Shown: positions 16,785 through 31,589 of the stretch, piece by piece | Numbering within the stretch: the first letter of the stretch is position 1 | How the letters are laid out: each line of letters opens with the position of its first letter | NCBI RefSeq assembly: GCF_006345805.1 | Contig: NC_042998.1 | Span: forward strand, 165,168,001 to 165,232,000 | From: Octopus sinensis | Taxonomy: Eukaryota | Length of the DNA: 64,000 nucleotides | Direction: 5' to 3' | Notes under the pieces: model-generated | The model's input: only the letters and a program-made list of their open reading frames with translations | Told to the model about the DNA's origin: nothing | Databases searched by the model: none | Program-made: the position numbers and the translations under genes

Positions 16785-19700
16785 AAAAAAGAGAGAGCGA
16801 GAGTTTTAGCAAATAATCTTTTCATTCGCTAATTCCCATATTTCTTCAGAAACTGAGTTTGCAGAACATTTCTTCACCACTCAAAATTCAACATAAATTT
16901 GAACCAAAAGTGAGAATCACAGACGTTAGGAAGAACAAATCCATTACTTTCTCAGGATTGTTTCATTTTATTCTATACTATTTATTTATTTGCCTTCGGT
17001 TATGTACAACATATTTCTTTTTCCAATCTTTCTAATTTTAACTGTTTTGTTTAATAACAAGAGCGATCCCAGGTGCCTTGAGGGTGATATGCGTGTTCTG
17101 GTCCTACACAAGGTTTTGATATCGTTCTGCTTGAGTGTATATGCATGGAAGATCACCATGTGATAATCCATGACCTCAGGAATACGCCACATAATATTTG
17201 TTTTCTTTGCTTCCTAATAATAATACTACTTGCGCTTATTATTAAAGTTAAATTTCATGTTTTCAGTTTATATGTGCATGTATTTGTAGCGTGTGTTTAT
17301 ATGCATGTGTGCATGTGTGTGTATGTGTATGTGTGTGTGTGTGTCTTCGTGCGTGTGTATACTAAAATATATCTTGTGTAAGATTTGTGAATTAATATAT
17401 ATTCTCTAATTACTTTTACTCTTCACGAAATGAAAATTTATTACGATGCTTGCACATTGTTGATATTTGAATACATTCACGACCAAAACGCAATCTGAAT
17501 ATCATAATCTTGATGTTAATTCTTAACTGATTTGTATGCATGTCCAGAAGTAGTATCATGCTGATATTATTGTCACATTACAATGACTAAACATAGCAAA
17601 AAAGTTAAGAAGATACTCATATAAAATGCCTTTATTCCCTTATAATAATTTTCAGTGGATCAATCGTTACAAATAAGATACATGCTAACAAGTTGGTCTG
17701 TGAAACTACACAATACCTTTCAGACAACACACTCAAACATCCTTGTCACTTATAGGAATTATTCATATATCTATGACAACAGTCCAAGCAGATGACATGT
17801 CTTGATTCATACCAGAAATCTAATTATTTCTTTAAAAAAACTTGATACGTTTTCTTTTTAAGCAGATGCTTCAAAAATTATATTCTGTCAAGAAAATTCA
17901 TGTATATTTTCTCATGTTTTCCTTGCGTGAAGTTTTGGGGTGTAATCTCTGCTAGAAATTTTGGATTCCTTCAGAGACCTTCACACGATGTATATATGTG
18001 CAATCCTTCTTTCGTTTGCCTTAATATATTTCAGGAAATAAGTGAAAATAAGCTTCCATCCACTGTGAACTTTTATCTTATTTCTTAATACCAGATCCGT
18101 TGTTTATATACACTCCAACGGATGGCGTGAAGTGAGATACACCAAAGAAATACGAGCGGAGGATATATCACTAACTTTTGAATGACATTTTCTGTTTTTG
18201 ATAGAAGAAACAGAATTGACTTGAAGGTTTGTACTAAAGAAGGCTTTGATGAAAAGTTTCGTTTGAAAATAATTCGTGTATGACCATAATCGATAAATAT
18301 TAATCTTTCTAGTTATGACAGAGGTGTACTATAATAAGTTATGTAGACCTTTGTATCAGGATTGATACAAAGATGAAATATTTATTTCTAATAAAGACAA
18401 AACCGAATCTAATTCAAGCAACAATTGTTGGTAATATGTTATCAGGGCCTTCTCATTGAAAATGTATGATACTTTAGGTGCGGTAAAAATTTTGCATCTG
18501 GTATTTTATTTGGATGTTGCTCTTGTGATATAGATAAAGTATGTACGAAACAAATTACTGTAACCGATCCATTGAATAAAATCTTTAAAAGTGGTGCGCT
18601 AGTATGGTTTCAGAATAATGGCTGAAACCTCTAAAAGTAATCAAAGACTACAAGGACGTATAAGTTGAAGCGTTAAATTTAAAATCGTTCCACTATCAAC
18701 ATACACTAAACAAATTCTGACATCAAATTTCACAAACACCCAAATGAAACGGTCTTGACACTCGACACGAATATAAATAATCCTCAAGAAGAGGATGTCT
18801 TTTACCATATTTGAGACTGAGTTAATCCATGAAGCCAAAATAAACAAGGCTTCAGTATGATCCATCGACTTGCCTGCAAGAATATCTATACCTCCATCAG
18901 ATTATTCTCAATCGCCTTAAAAAGAGAAAGTACACACTGTGCAACTTATTCCCAGATGGACTTAAAAGTGCAGGATAGTCAAGGCTGTACTACTTTTGAT
19001 CATGAATCAGTTAAGATAGGGCTAACCCGGAGCTAAATAGCAATCTAAAAACTCGGGCCAAATATAGGACCCTTAATGGGTTGCTCAAACGGAAAATAAC
19101 AGTAGCTAAGTAGCCATAAAACCCCACTCTTAAGAATAGAATGTGGAATGTGTCCAGAGGATACTGTAGTCTTGCATTCATTATAATTTAAAGAAAGACG
19201 TAAAAATCACTGTTTCACCGTCTTTCGTCATAATTCTTCTCAACTTGGCTGACCTGAAAGTTATACGAGAACATAAACAACCACCATCATGACCATCATC
19301 GACACCAACAATGCAACTGATTACCTAAATCTTATCCAATAATCCGAATACAGCTAGATTATGAGTAAAATAAAAAAACAGCGATAAATACCACTAGCAA
19401 CAACAATAAAAGATGAAATTCATAGAAACATAAATGTGATATGTATTCATTTCCTCCTCAATTGAAATATAAGACATGTCGAAGCAAATATACACGAGAG
19501 CATCGCATTAATGATAGATCTGTTAATTTTAGTTTATTTAAATATAAAGCGTAATTGCGAACTGGATTCTGATTCTGATGGGATTGTCTGAATACAGGAT
19601 GAGTGTTGTGTTGGAACATGGCAACTACTTTTAGTGTTATTTATGAGTTACTTTGACCAGTTCAAAAACGTGATAGTTGCTTAGAGTATCAATTACCTAA

Positions 19701-20103
19701 GAAGCGTGCTTGGCTTTCGATTTTTGTTTGAGGGGGATGTATAATCCCAGAGGAAGATCAGTTAAAGAAAAATAATACTTTAACACTCGTCGTTCCAATT
19801 GAAATTCTTGGAAAACAATAGCGATATATAAACATACGTACACACATACAAACACACATGTATGTATATGTTTATGTGTGTGCTTTTCTATGTATGTTGT
19901 GCGCCCGCGTGCGCGTATGCTTGCATGCATATAAACACTGAAATGCAAGCACACACACATATATGTTTAGAGAGTCAGAGTCAATTCAATATCCGGAGAG
20001 AGAAAGAAACGAGAATTTAATTATGTTTGCATATATACATACATATATATATAATTAATCAATATATATATATATATATATATACACTCACATATATATA
20101 CGC

Positions 20104-20316
20104 TTTTATTCTTTTATTTGTTTCAGTTATTTGACTGCGGCCATGCTGGAGCACCGCCTTTACTCGAACAAATCGACCCCAAGATTTATTCTTCGTAAGC
20201 CTATTACATATTCTACCGGTCACTTTTGCCAAGCGGCTAAATTACGGGGACTTAAACACACCAGCACAGGTTGTCAAGCGACGGTGAGGGGGGCAAACAC
20301 CAATACAACACACAAC

Positions 20317-20352
<36 letters not shown>

Positions 20353-20489
20353 CGACGGACTTCTTTTAGTATCTGTCTATCAAATCTACTCACAAGGCTT
20401 TGGTCGACCCGAGTAGAGGACACTTGCCTAAGGTGATAAGCAGTGGGTTTAAACCCGGAACCAAGCTACTTACCACACAGTCACTCCTG
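20104..20489 (-). mobile_element. SINE family A, full length
   Basis: Reverse complement of 7609-8005 along its length (tttcagttatttgactgcggccatgctggagcaccgcc ... cttaccacacagtcactcctg). Confidence 0.92.
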
Positions 20490-20529
20490 ATATCTGATAT
20501 ATATCTATATCTATCTATCTATCTATCTA

Positions 20530-20567
<38 letters not shown>

Positions 20568-20620
20568 CATATAGATATATGTATGCATGTATACACACAC
20601 ACACACATACATATTCTTTG

Positions 20621-20885
20621 GAAGCCTAGTACTTATTCTATCGATCTCTTTTGCGGAACCGCTAAATTACGGGGACGTAAACACACTAGCATCAGTTGTC
20701 AAACGATGTTGGGGGACAAGCACAGACACACAAACATATGCACACACCTATATATATACATGCATACATACGACAGGGCTTTAGTCGGCCCGAGGCTATA
20801 GTAGAACCCACTTTCCCAAGGTGTCACGCAGTAGGACTGAACTCGGAACCGGTTGGTAAGCAAGTTACTTACCACACAGCCACTT
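20621..20885 (-). mobile_element. SINE family A, internally deleted
   Basis: Head and tail blocks are present; the gatttggtagacggaaac block is missing. Confidence 0.85.
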
Positions 20886-21056
20886 CTATTTGTGTGTGCA
20901 TGCACGTGCGTATGTGTGTGTACGCACGTCTATGTACGCACACATATGTGTGTACATATATGTGCAAGCTTACATTACGTAAATAAACACATGCACCATA
21001 CAAAGAAGAATACATACAGCCACCAGCCAGCTACCCAGCCAGTCAGCCAGCCAACC

Positions 21057-21091
<35 letters not shown>

Positions 21092-21124
21092 TGTAGTTGT
21101 GTGAGTGTCTGTCTCCTTCGATTT

Positions 21125-21495
21125 AGATTCCTAGTATTAGCGCGCGTCTACGATGAGTCTACGATTTAAAAAATAATTTAACATCATTTTTTATTCCATT
21201 TTAATGCATAATTTTTCGTGTGTCGATGGCGGCGGAGTTGGCGTCCATGGTCACACCTGCACCTGTTTGCTTCTCCCCCTCCTTCTCCTCCCTCGTGAAG
21301 CTGTGGGGAAGGGAGTGTAAGGAATCAACGTCGTAAAGCGTTCTCAAGGAGACAGCGTTCTTTTAGAACAACGACTTCATGGCTTGAAGACACCAAAACA
21401 GAAATGGCTAAGAAAGTCCGAATTGGCATCTATAAGGAAGTAACTCTCTAAAAATGCTTATATAGTTATTTCCCTTACAAACCCCTGCTAGTATA
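21125..21495 (+). mobile_element. Non-autonomous DNA element (Helitron-like, ends ...ctagt)
   Basis: GC-richer island ending ccctgctagtat. 41 bp of it recur identically at 27949-27989. Confidence 0.4.
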
Positions 21496-21502
21496 TATAT
21501 AT

Positions 21503-22269
<767 letters not shown>

Positions 22270-22341
22270 AAGTGCGTATACATTTTTTGGGGACACCATG
22301 TATTAATTCTATATGTATGTATGTATGTATGTATGTATATA

Positions 22342-22382
<41 letters not shown>

Positions 22383-22439
22383 ATCATATATATTATATAT
22401 ATTACATATATATATATATAATATATATATATATATATA

Positions 22440-22474
<35 letters not shown>

Positions 22475-23175
22475 GTGTGTGTGTATGTATGTATATTTTG
22501 TTTAATATATTATTATTAATATCGGGAAATAGATATTATAAAATTCTTCAGAAAGATATGTACGTGTGTAAAATAATTGTTGTATTAAAAATATCAATAT
22601 ATATATAAATATGTAAATATGTATAAGTATAAATACATAATAATGACATTTTAAAAGTTACGAATTAAGTTTTTAAAGCATCTTACGATCGTTTCGCAGA
22701 AGTGCTCTCTCTATAATGGAATCCTATATTGATAAACATTTATAGACAACTCTTCTGCTCTTCAGAGATATAAAATGTGAAATTTGTATAAGTTATCGAA
22801 TGGTAGCTTTTTTAAAAAATATGAAGTAATATGGAAAAATGGTGTTTGTTTGAAATATAAAATAAAATTAAAAATTACTGCTTTTGATTTTGGTAAGTAC
22901 ACTTTTGTATGAGAGTCTTTAAATCGATATATGCTTCCTTAGTAATTCTTCTGTAATAATCCATAATAGTTATGTGTAAAATCCATTATACAGTCTTGTA
23001 TTCCAAATATAGTTCATAGACTTAGAAAATATGCAATAATGGAATCTTGATAAGCATTTATAGATAACTCTTCTCAGAAATATCAAGCTCTGAAATTTGT
23101 ATAATTTAACGAATGGTATAATTTTTTAAATTATGAAGTAATATAGGAAATGGGTGTTTAAAATATAATAATATA

Positions 23176-23229
<54 letters not shown>

Positions 23230-23285
23230 GTGTGTGTGTATGTTATATATCCATATATATATAATATATGTGTATATATATGTAG

Positions 23286-23323
<38 letters not shown>

Positions 23324-23446
23324 ATATATACACATATATATACACATAATATATACTGAGAGAGAGAGAGGAGAACAACGACAGACAGACAGGCAGACAC
23401 ATACACATCGCTAGCTAGCTAGATAGATAGATAGATTAACATGATG

Positions 23447-23568
23447 CGTTTCCAGTTTCTGTGTACTCACACAAACTTTTGATCGGCGAAAGGCTATAGT
23501 GGAACACACCTGCCCCAGGTGTCATGCAGTGGCTGGAAAGCGAACTTCTTAACCACACAGCAATGTCT
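23447..23568 (-). mobile_element. SINE family A fragment
   Basis: aggctatagtggaacacacctgccccaggtgtcatgcagtgg and cttcttaaccacacagc match the reverse complement of the family A head. Confidence 0.7.
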
Positions 23569-23599
23569 ATGCGATTGTCTAGTTTAGTCAGGTTACGTT

Positions 23600-23800
23600 A
23601 ATGTTTTTCTGTGCAGTATTTATCTGTGTTGTTAATGGAAACCAGATTAATATGGTCTCATTGGAAGATGTATTCAAGGTCTCTCTATTCAGGGAGTCAG
23701 CGTAGGTTTGATACAAGGAGCCTAAACAATTTACTCCTGATAAACTTAGGGAAAGATGAACGGTGGTGTCATTTGCATAGAAGTGGATTTTGTTGAATGT
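23600..23800 (-). pseudogene. LINE (CR1/L2/Jockey-like) reverse transcriptase fragment
   Basis: ORF 23588-23863 contains NKIHFYANDTTVHLS...DSLNR, resembling the RT motif IHLYADDTTL. Confidence 0.55.
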
Positions 23801-24087
23801 GACGGATATATAGATAGACAGATAGATCGATGTAGGTATAGATATAAATACGTACACACACATACAGATAAGGAAACGATGATTTGGATAGATGGATGTT
23901 TAGGTATAAAAATAGAATGATAGAATGCTTCATAGCTAGTTAGCTAAATATGCAGTGACATATACAGAAAGCTGGTTAATATAATACACAGTTAAATATA
24001 ATCAACTTAGCTCATACACTCACTCATACAGTCAACCCCATATGTATGAGTGCGTGTGTGTACATACATACTCACATAGATACCGTC

Positions 24088-24118
<31 letters not shown>

Positions 24119-24139
24119 GAGAGAGAGAGAGAGAGAGAG

Positions 24140-24187
<48 letters not shown>

Positions 24188-24450
24188 GATAGATAGATAG
24201 ATAGATAGAGATAGATAGAGAGAGAGAGAGAGAAAGAAAGAGAGGGAGGTGAGATGTACATAAATTATCTTTATAACTTCCACATGTTATTGTATCAAAT
24301 TGTAACGGTAATTTATGGAAACATTCAATATAGACACTCATACGCACTCATATGCAATGAGTGAGTGAGCGTGATATTGGCAGATATATAGCTAGATAGA
24401 GAGATAGACCGACCGACTGACTGACTGAAAGACAGATAAATAAATAGATG

Positions 24451-24512
<62 letters not shown>

Positions 24513-24574
24513 GATAGATAGATAGATAGACAGCAGACAGACAGACATATAGATAGATAGATAGACAGACAGAC

Positions 24575-24635
<61 letters not shown>

Positions 24636-25589
24636 TGGAAAGACAAGCAGACAAGTAGACACAGACAGATAGACAGACAGACAGTTATATTGCTAGATAG
24701 AAGGATAGATAAAAATGAAAGTGTGTGCAGAAAGAAATGGATATTTGAGGAACGTAAATTGACCTTCCGATAAGGGAGATTGTGTCTTGCTAAGTCGATT
24801 TGTCAGTTGTCATGAGAAAATGAATTCATCTCTGTCTGCTTGTTTCATCCCGGGTCAGTTTTCGCTGACACTTTAGCCAGCCACTTACTCCTGTGCAGCA
24901 TCTTGAGTATCTATCAGCTACAGGCAGCAGTAACAACAACAATCATTACCCACCGCCACCACCACCACCACCACCACCACCTTCAACTACAATAACAATC
25001 AGCAGCAGCAGCAGTTATTAGCAAAAGTAACATTGACGACAAATGGTAGTAATAATAATGGACAACAGAAGCAAATACTGTGTAGCAATGTAAGTATCAT
25101 AATACACAATAACATAACCTATCGCATCACACAGCAAAGACCACTTTCCCCACACCAACACCACCACCACCACCACTGCACAAGGAGTAGTAAGAACAGC
25201 AATGCTTGCTGGATTCATTGATATATGGAATAATGTTACCTTGTCTTTCGCTTCTGCATTTTATCATAATGCATTACATAGGAGCTTAAATAACAAGGAA
25301 AAACTATATTAGTTGTGAGAAAGTAAAACTGAAAAAAAACAGGAAAAAAAAAGGGAGAAAGAAAATGTAACACAATTTTCCTAATGAACCACTGTGGTTC
25401 TCTGATTTCTATTAATTTCGTGAACTATGCATTGCTGATATTTAAAATATACAAGAGCATGCTCACAGAATTTTGCATTTTGTAGTTACCCGAGTTCAGC
25501 TAATTCATCGGGTCACGATAGACGCGTTGACGTCGTAACACCCTCTCTACTAATCCTTTCAATAAGATCAAGTGAGCTCGAGGATGCTC

Positions 25590-25597
25590 AAGATGAA

Positions 25598-25658
<61 letters not shown>

Positions 25659-25719
25659 GTGGTGATGATGATGGTGGTGGTGGTGGTGGTGGTGGTGGTG
25701 GTGGTGATGGTGGTGGTGG

Positions 25720-25755
<36 letters not shown>

Positions 25756-25790
25756 GGAGGAGGAGGAGGATGAGGTGGATGATGATGATA
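25590..25790 (+). repeat. (GAT)n/(GGT)n/(GAG)n trinucleotide tract
   Basis: Directly visible; source of the poly-M/V ORF. Confidence 0.97.
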
Positions 25791-25797
25791 ATGATCC

Positions 25798-26000
25798 TTT
25801 CTACAACAGACGCAAGGCCTGAAATTTTGGACGATAGTTGGCTACATGGACCCCAGTACTCAGCTGGTACTTATGTTATTGGCTCTGAAAGAGTGAAACG
25901 CAATGTCCACCTGGGCAGTAGTTGAACCCAGAACGTAAAGACAGACGAAATGCCGCTAAGCGTATTGCCTGACGTTCTAACGATTCTACCAGCTCGCCAC
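25798..26000 (-). mobile_element. SINE family B
   Basis: ggaccccagtactcagctggtactt...gaacgtaaagacagacgaaatgccgctaagcgtattgcctgacgttctaacgattctaccagctcgcc. Confidence 0.85.
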
Positions 26001-26004
26001 ATTA

Positions 26005-26104
26005 ACAGTAATAAATAATAATAATAATAATAATATAATACAACAACAATAATAATAAAAAATAATAATAAGAATACCAACAGCAGAAGAACAACAAGAA
26101 GAAA

Positions 26105-26135
<31 letters not shown>

Positions 26136-26235
26136 AAGAAGAAGAAGAAGAAGAAGAAGAAGAAGAAGAGAAGAAAAGAAACGAAGAAGAAGAAGAAGAA
26201 GAAGAAGAAGAAGAAGAAGAAGAAGAAGAAGAAAT
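26005..26235 (+). repeat. (AAT)n/(GAA)n microsatellite
   Basis: Directly visible. Confidence 0.97.
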
Positions 26236-26449
26236 CAATTTAGTTGACGGATTATTATTTGACTGTTAGTTATTCCTGGGATACGAAATCACTAACATAA
26301 TGTTTAAGAGCTCCTACACTCGCTTATCCATAAGCAGATTTCGATTAAAATTTGGTGGTACTAGAGCAAAAATTGTGGGCGAATGGTCAACATGGGTAGG
26401 GCTGTAGTCTACACAGAGAGCAGAGTTTATGTGCCTTGCCTTTGTGTAC

Positions 26450-27700
26450 GAAGAGCCAGATCTAAAATGGTATACGCGGATTGTCGGCTACCAGTGACTT
26501 GAGGTTCATTAACAAAGCATGCAACAGTAAGTTAGTTCACTTGCCCTGTCGATGGATACTACATGTTGGATTATGTGTAGTTTTTCGCGGAGGCTGAGCT
26601 GGCAATTGCGTGTGTCAGTTGAGTAAGGGAGGGGGGCCTGTCAGTGATACTCCGTTCATTCTGGGGAAATCATTGCGATGGTCTCGGAGTCTCCAGATGA
26701 AACGAGATAGGGAAGTGAGATTTTCCTTATCTAGGCATCGGAAGGGGTGCATAAGGTGTGTATGCTTTCCCTTGAGATCCATGACTGCCATGCCCATGTA
26801 GTGCCTTGTAATATCATCAGATTTGAAGGTGCTTCCTAGTGGGTCGTTTGCAGTATTTCAGTAGTTACAGTGGATTAGAGGATGTGTGGGTGTGTTTTTA
26901 CGTCCATTATAGCGGGAAGTGTTATCTAAGCAGGATTAACTGACATTAAGATCGTTGGGGTGTTTAAGAATTTATAATACTTATGAGTTCTAAGGAAATG
27001 CTTTTTTAAGTATCATGAAGAAGGACCTAGCTATGCTGGTTAAAACTTCTAGGTTATATGGAGGGTTGAACTAGTTTATCTTACTCTCCAAACGCTCTTC
27101 GGACTCGGAGGTGAGCGTCGGGTATCCTCCTTCAGGTACAAACTTCTCACTCAACCCACTCCCCGTTAACGCCTTTCTATAAAGGGATGCGCTGCTGTTG
27201 AAAATCTCTCAATCCGCTGATTCCTTAGAGGCTCTTCTACTTATACCTCAGGCTAGGTTTCTTAATATAGCTGGTGATATAGTTGGAGTTTCTGTGGATG
27301 TAAAGATTTTGTATTGGATTTCTTGTAAGAGTAGTGCTTGCCCATCTCCAAGTTTCAGGCTTCATCCAAGAAGTCGACATTTGTCAAACTGGTGCTAACT
27401 GTTAGAGATAAGCAAAACTCTTTGAAGTTCTTTATCTTTCCTGAACCTGTAATACGAACGGCTGCGCCGTTCATTTGACTTGAGCTTTATTGAATGTCCT
27501 TATATAGGTCCGAGTTATGGAGAGGTTATGCGCTTATTTAGGGTATCCAGGATAAATAATGCTAAGAATTTGGCGATCTCTGACCCGTCGTTGCTTCCCA
27601 TAGATACGTCGAACAGTGGGTCCCTTCTTCACTCTGTAGGTGCCATCGTGAACGAATATTGACTTCCTAGTTTTCATAATGATTCTCATATATAAAGATC
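26450..27700 (-). pseudogene. Penelope-like retroelement: 5'-truncated RT plus GIY-YIG endonuclease, disrupted
   Basis: Minus translations: DPLFDVSMGSNDGSEI (cf. FDVTMGSYDGAE); FKEFCLSLTVSTSLTNVDFLD; YIHRNSN; KLVQPS (cf. WFNPP); CN-x-NTANDPLG linker; HYMGMAVMDLKGKHTHLMHPFRCLDKENLTSLSRFIWRLRD; RNCQLSLREKLHII. Many stops and frameshifts. Confidence 0.85.
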
Positions 27701-28493
27701 ACTGATGTTAATGAATTGCCTATCAAAATCTAAAGCATTCAGGAGTCAATGTCTTGTTTAAGATCAAGTAATTTTGAAATTATTTCTCCTACGAGCCGAA
27801 ATTCTTAAAGTAATACTTATCCCTAATTATTATTATATTAATATTAAAATAAGTTTAAGATACATAGTTAAATTAATACCCACGTAATTCAAGTAGCGAT
27901 TATTTTAAGGATACGTTATAAGGAAAATATCATACAAATCAATAACTGATTTTTCGTGTGTCGATGGCGGCGGAGTTGGCGTCCATGGTTAGAATTCCTT
28001 AGTAAAACATACTTCACAGCCCTTGTCTAAATAGCAATGAGATAAAGTCTGAGTAAATAGATAACACTTCCAACTTAGGAAATGTTAGAGACAGAGAGAC
28101 AGTGATTGGTTTAATTCTCACACCAAGCTACACGTATTACCATCATGAGACCAAATTTTCACTGCAAAATTAGAAATATTTATTCATCTCACTCTCTTTT
28201 TCTCTTTCCTTGTACCTCACTAGCTCTTTCGCGCGCGCGCTCGCACGCATACATATAAACATACACACACACACACACGACACATGTATATATCCTTCTG
28301 ATGATTTTATAAATTATTTTATTTCCGAAAACCTTTAACCTATTATGTTATTCTGTTTACTCAATACCTTCCTGCTATCATTTTCTTTCGCATCCGTCCC
28401 TATCTCTTCCTTTACCACTCACCACTGCTATACATACATACATACATACCATACCATACATACATACATGCCATACTATATTATATACATATA

Positions 28494-28533
<40 letters not shown>

Positions 28534-29168
28534 ATATATACATATATATATATTATATATATCTATATGTATATAATATGCCTGTATTTTTGTTTCTTGC
28601 CTATTACATTATTGATTCTCAATTTCTTTCCGCACTTTGTTTTTCTTGCATGCTATTTCCGTCGATCTTATAATAGCTAACTTTCTTCTTTCCTTCCTCA
28701 TTCTGCACCGACCAAGTCTTTTGTTTGCCTACCGTCCACAAATTACTCTATAGGCAATATTTCTTCTTACCTCTTCGATACCATTTCTTTACTCAACTCG
28801 GTAGCTCACTTCCTTTGTATCCATCGAGTCATGGTTTCATGTATGTATGTATGATGTATGTATGTATGTATGTATGTATGTATGTATGTATGTATGTATG
28901 TAGGTATGTATGCATGCATGCATTTATGTATGTATGTATATATGTATGTATTTGTGTATGTGTGTGTATACACACACACATATATATATGTGTGTGTATG
29001 TATGTATATACATATTTGTGTGTGTATATATCTACAAACAAGTGTGAACACATGTTCTTGTAGACCTATAAACTCAAGGATACGTATGTGCATATATATA
29101 CATGTATATATTTGTGCGTATATGCGTACATACACACACAACAAGCTTAATAACACACACATGCACAA

Positions 29169-29253
<85 letters not shown>

Positions 29254-30354
29254 TATGTACGTGCGTGTAGAAGTGTTAATGTTGTCTGTGTTTGTATAGA
29301 ATCTGCTTTCCCAATTTCCAAACTTTGCTGTCACTGAACAGGACTGTTGTAAGGGTGTCTCATTCCATAAATGTCAGACCAATTATTACTGGATACCCAA
29401 GAAGATCATTCGACCAAGAATTGTTTCCACTAGTTGCCCAAAATGTCGACATGCAAATTAGGGCCAAGAGTTGCACGCAATCTCTTTTAACAGTACAAGA
29501 AACCTTTTCTCCAAAGCAAGTGTTTTTACTGAAACAAAAGCGATTCCATAAATGGTTACTTTACTATACTTTGTCGTAAATGTGCATGTGAGACGTTAAT
29601 AAGAATGAAGTTTATGGCAATTTAATACAATACTATATATTATATATATATATATATATATAACTATATATATAATAAATATATACACATAAATATATGT
29701 ATATATGTATATATTATATATATATGTATATAGATGTATATATTATAGATATATATATAGATATATATGTGTGTGTGTGTGTGTTACATAGTTGTATGCA
29801 CTCACACACAAATACACAGAAAAAGTATATATAAATAAGCACATACACACATACATAATGAACTAAAGAAACCATAAAGTACGAATGCGTATCAAATGAT
29901 ACATTTTATTCCCTTTCCACGATTTAATAATACACACTCACACACACATATATGTATATATATGTGTGTATATATGCTTTTATACACACATACATACCTA
30001 TATATATTTATATATACTTGTGTATAGACATTATACACATAGATTAATGTATGCTTGTGTGTGTGTCTGTCCAAGTATTTATGTATACATTCAAATAATT
30101 CCTTCCTCCTGGTCACAGCATCTTAAATTCCACTTAGAAGTATTTTAAGTTTAATGCAACTCTATAATGCTTTGTTTCTCTTTCTTTCTCTTCACATTTT
30201 CATTCGTTTATTTTCATATTTTAGTTTTCAATCGTTGATATGGTTTATATAACCTGAACAGATACCTACATATATCTACATACATAATTTGTGTGTGTGT
30301 GTGTGTGTGTGTATGAGTGAACATTTTCGAATTTAAATATTTGAGTGTGTGTAA

Positions 30355-30570
30355 GGCGGTGAGCTCGCAGAATCACTATAACACCGGGCTAAATGCTTAG
30401 AGACATTTAGTCCGTCTTTTCGTTCTGAGTTCATATTCCGTCGAGGTTGACTTCGCCTTTTATCCTTTCGAAGTCGATAATGTAAGTGCCAGTTGATTAC
30501 TGGAGTCGATGTAAATGACTTCTGCCCTTCCCCAAGAATGCTGGCCATGTACCAAAAGTTTGAGACCAAG
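30355..30570 (+). mobile_element. SINE family B, full length
   Basis: ggcggtgagctcgcagaatc...gttctgagttcatattccgtcgaggttgacttcgccttttatcctttcgaagtcgataatgtaagtgccagttgattactggagtcgatgtaaatgact. Confidence 0.9.
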
Positions 30571-30662
30571 ATATAAGTGTTTGTGAATCGAGAAATCGCA
30601 TGCGTATGTGTGCTTATACCTATGTAAGTAAAACCACAATCATGAATGCAAATACACAGATG

Positions 30663-30880
30663 TACGAGAGATGCTGAAAAGTTCCGGTTTAGGGTAAAAG
30701 AAAACACAAGAGGATCAGTTGAACTATTTTGCCAACAAATTCTCCCCTCAGATTTTTGCACCCTTATTGCAGCGGTCCTTCAGTTTTTCCAAGTTTTGTA
30801 ATAGAACTCTGAAGATTGGTCCACCAAGCACGCCTTCCGTGATACCCTAAGAGCCAGGATTTTTTCAGCACCCCTTCGTA
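30663..30880. mobile_element. Mariner-derived MITE (~218 bp)
   Basis: Imperfect TIRs TAcgagagatgctgaaaagttccggtttagggta and taccctaagagccaggattttttcagcaccccttcgTA, with TA at both ends. Confidence 0.85.
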
Positions 30881-31244
30881 TGTGTATGTGAGTATGTATA
30901 TGTGTGTGTATTTGCAGGTGCATATATAAGTAAATACACTTACATACATGCGTACATAGATACACGTATATAACAGGGGATAAACAGCGATAATTCAATT
31001 AAGGTATACGATACGTAAAAGATTCAATATCGGCTTCGACCATGAGTATTCCGTTGTTGGAATACTCGTCGGAATACTGCTTATTCCAAGGATACGTCTG
31101 ATCTTAACATAATTTTCAGACAAAATTAGCGTGACACTGTATAGCCAGTTACGCTAATCCTTGCGCGCGCGCACACACATAAATACAAGGATATTCATAA
31201 ATTATCTTTACAATTTCTACAAGCATCGCTAGATGTACTCTATC

Positions 31245-31344
31245 NNNNNNNNNNNNNNNNNNNNNNNNNNNNNNNNNNNNNNNNNNNNNNNNNNNNNNNN
31301 NNNNNNNNNNNNNNNNNNNNNNNNNNNNNNNNNNNNNNNNNNNN
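31245..31344. other. Assembly gap (100 N)
   Basis: Run of 100 N; true size unknown. Confidence 1.
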
Positions 31345-31415
31345 TCGGCCCGAGACTATACTATAAGACACTTGCCTAATGTGCCACGCAGTGGATTTGA
31401 ACCCGGAACCATGCT
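31345..31415 (-). mobile_element. SINE family A head fragment abutting the gap
   Basis: tcggcccgagactatactataagacacttgcctaatgtgccacgcagtggatttgaacccggaaccatg. Confidence 0.85.
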
Positions 31416-31589
31416 ACAGTACGTAGAAAAAAGAAAAAAAAAATAATTACCCAGTAAATTCTAAATATTATTTACCTGTGGTTGGTGACAGAAGCATTCT
31501 AATTATCGTATCTAGCTTTGAAATTCTCGATGCTCGTGTTTTGTGCTGGCTTAACAGCAGTATGACTTTCTAAACATAGGACACTATTA

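Noticed and set aside
17580-18900. Long unique AT-rich region with a possible acceptor near 18875 and a 74-aa ORF
   Set aside because: All frames are interrupted and I recognise no motif; cannot be supported as coding.
24880-24925. Strong minus-strand donor (cagga|gtaagt) suggesting a micro-exon or first exon
   Set aside because: Single splice signals occur by chance at this scale; no partner exon or expression evidence.
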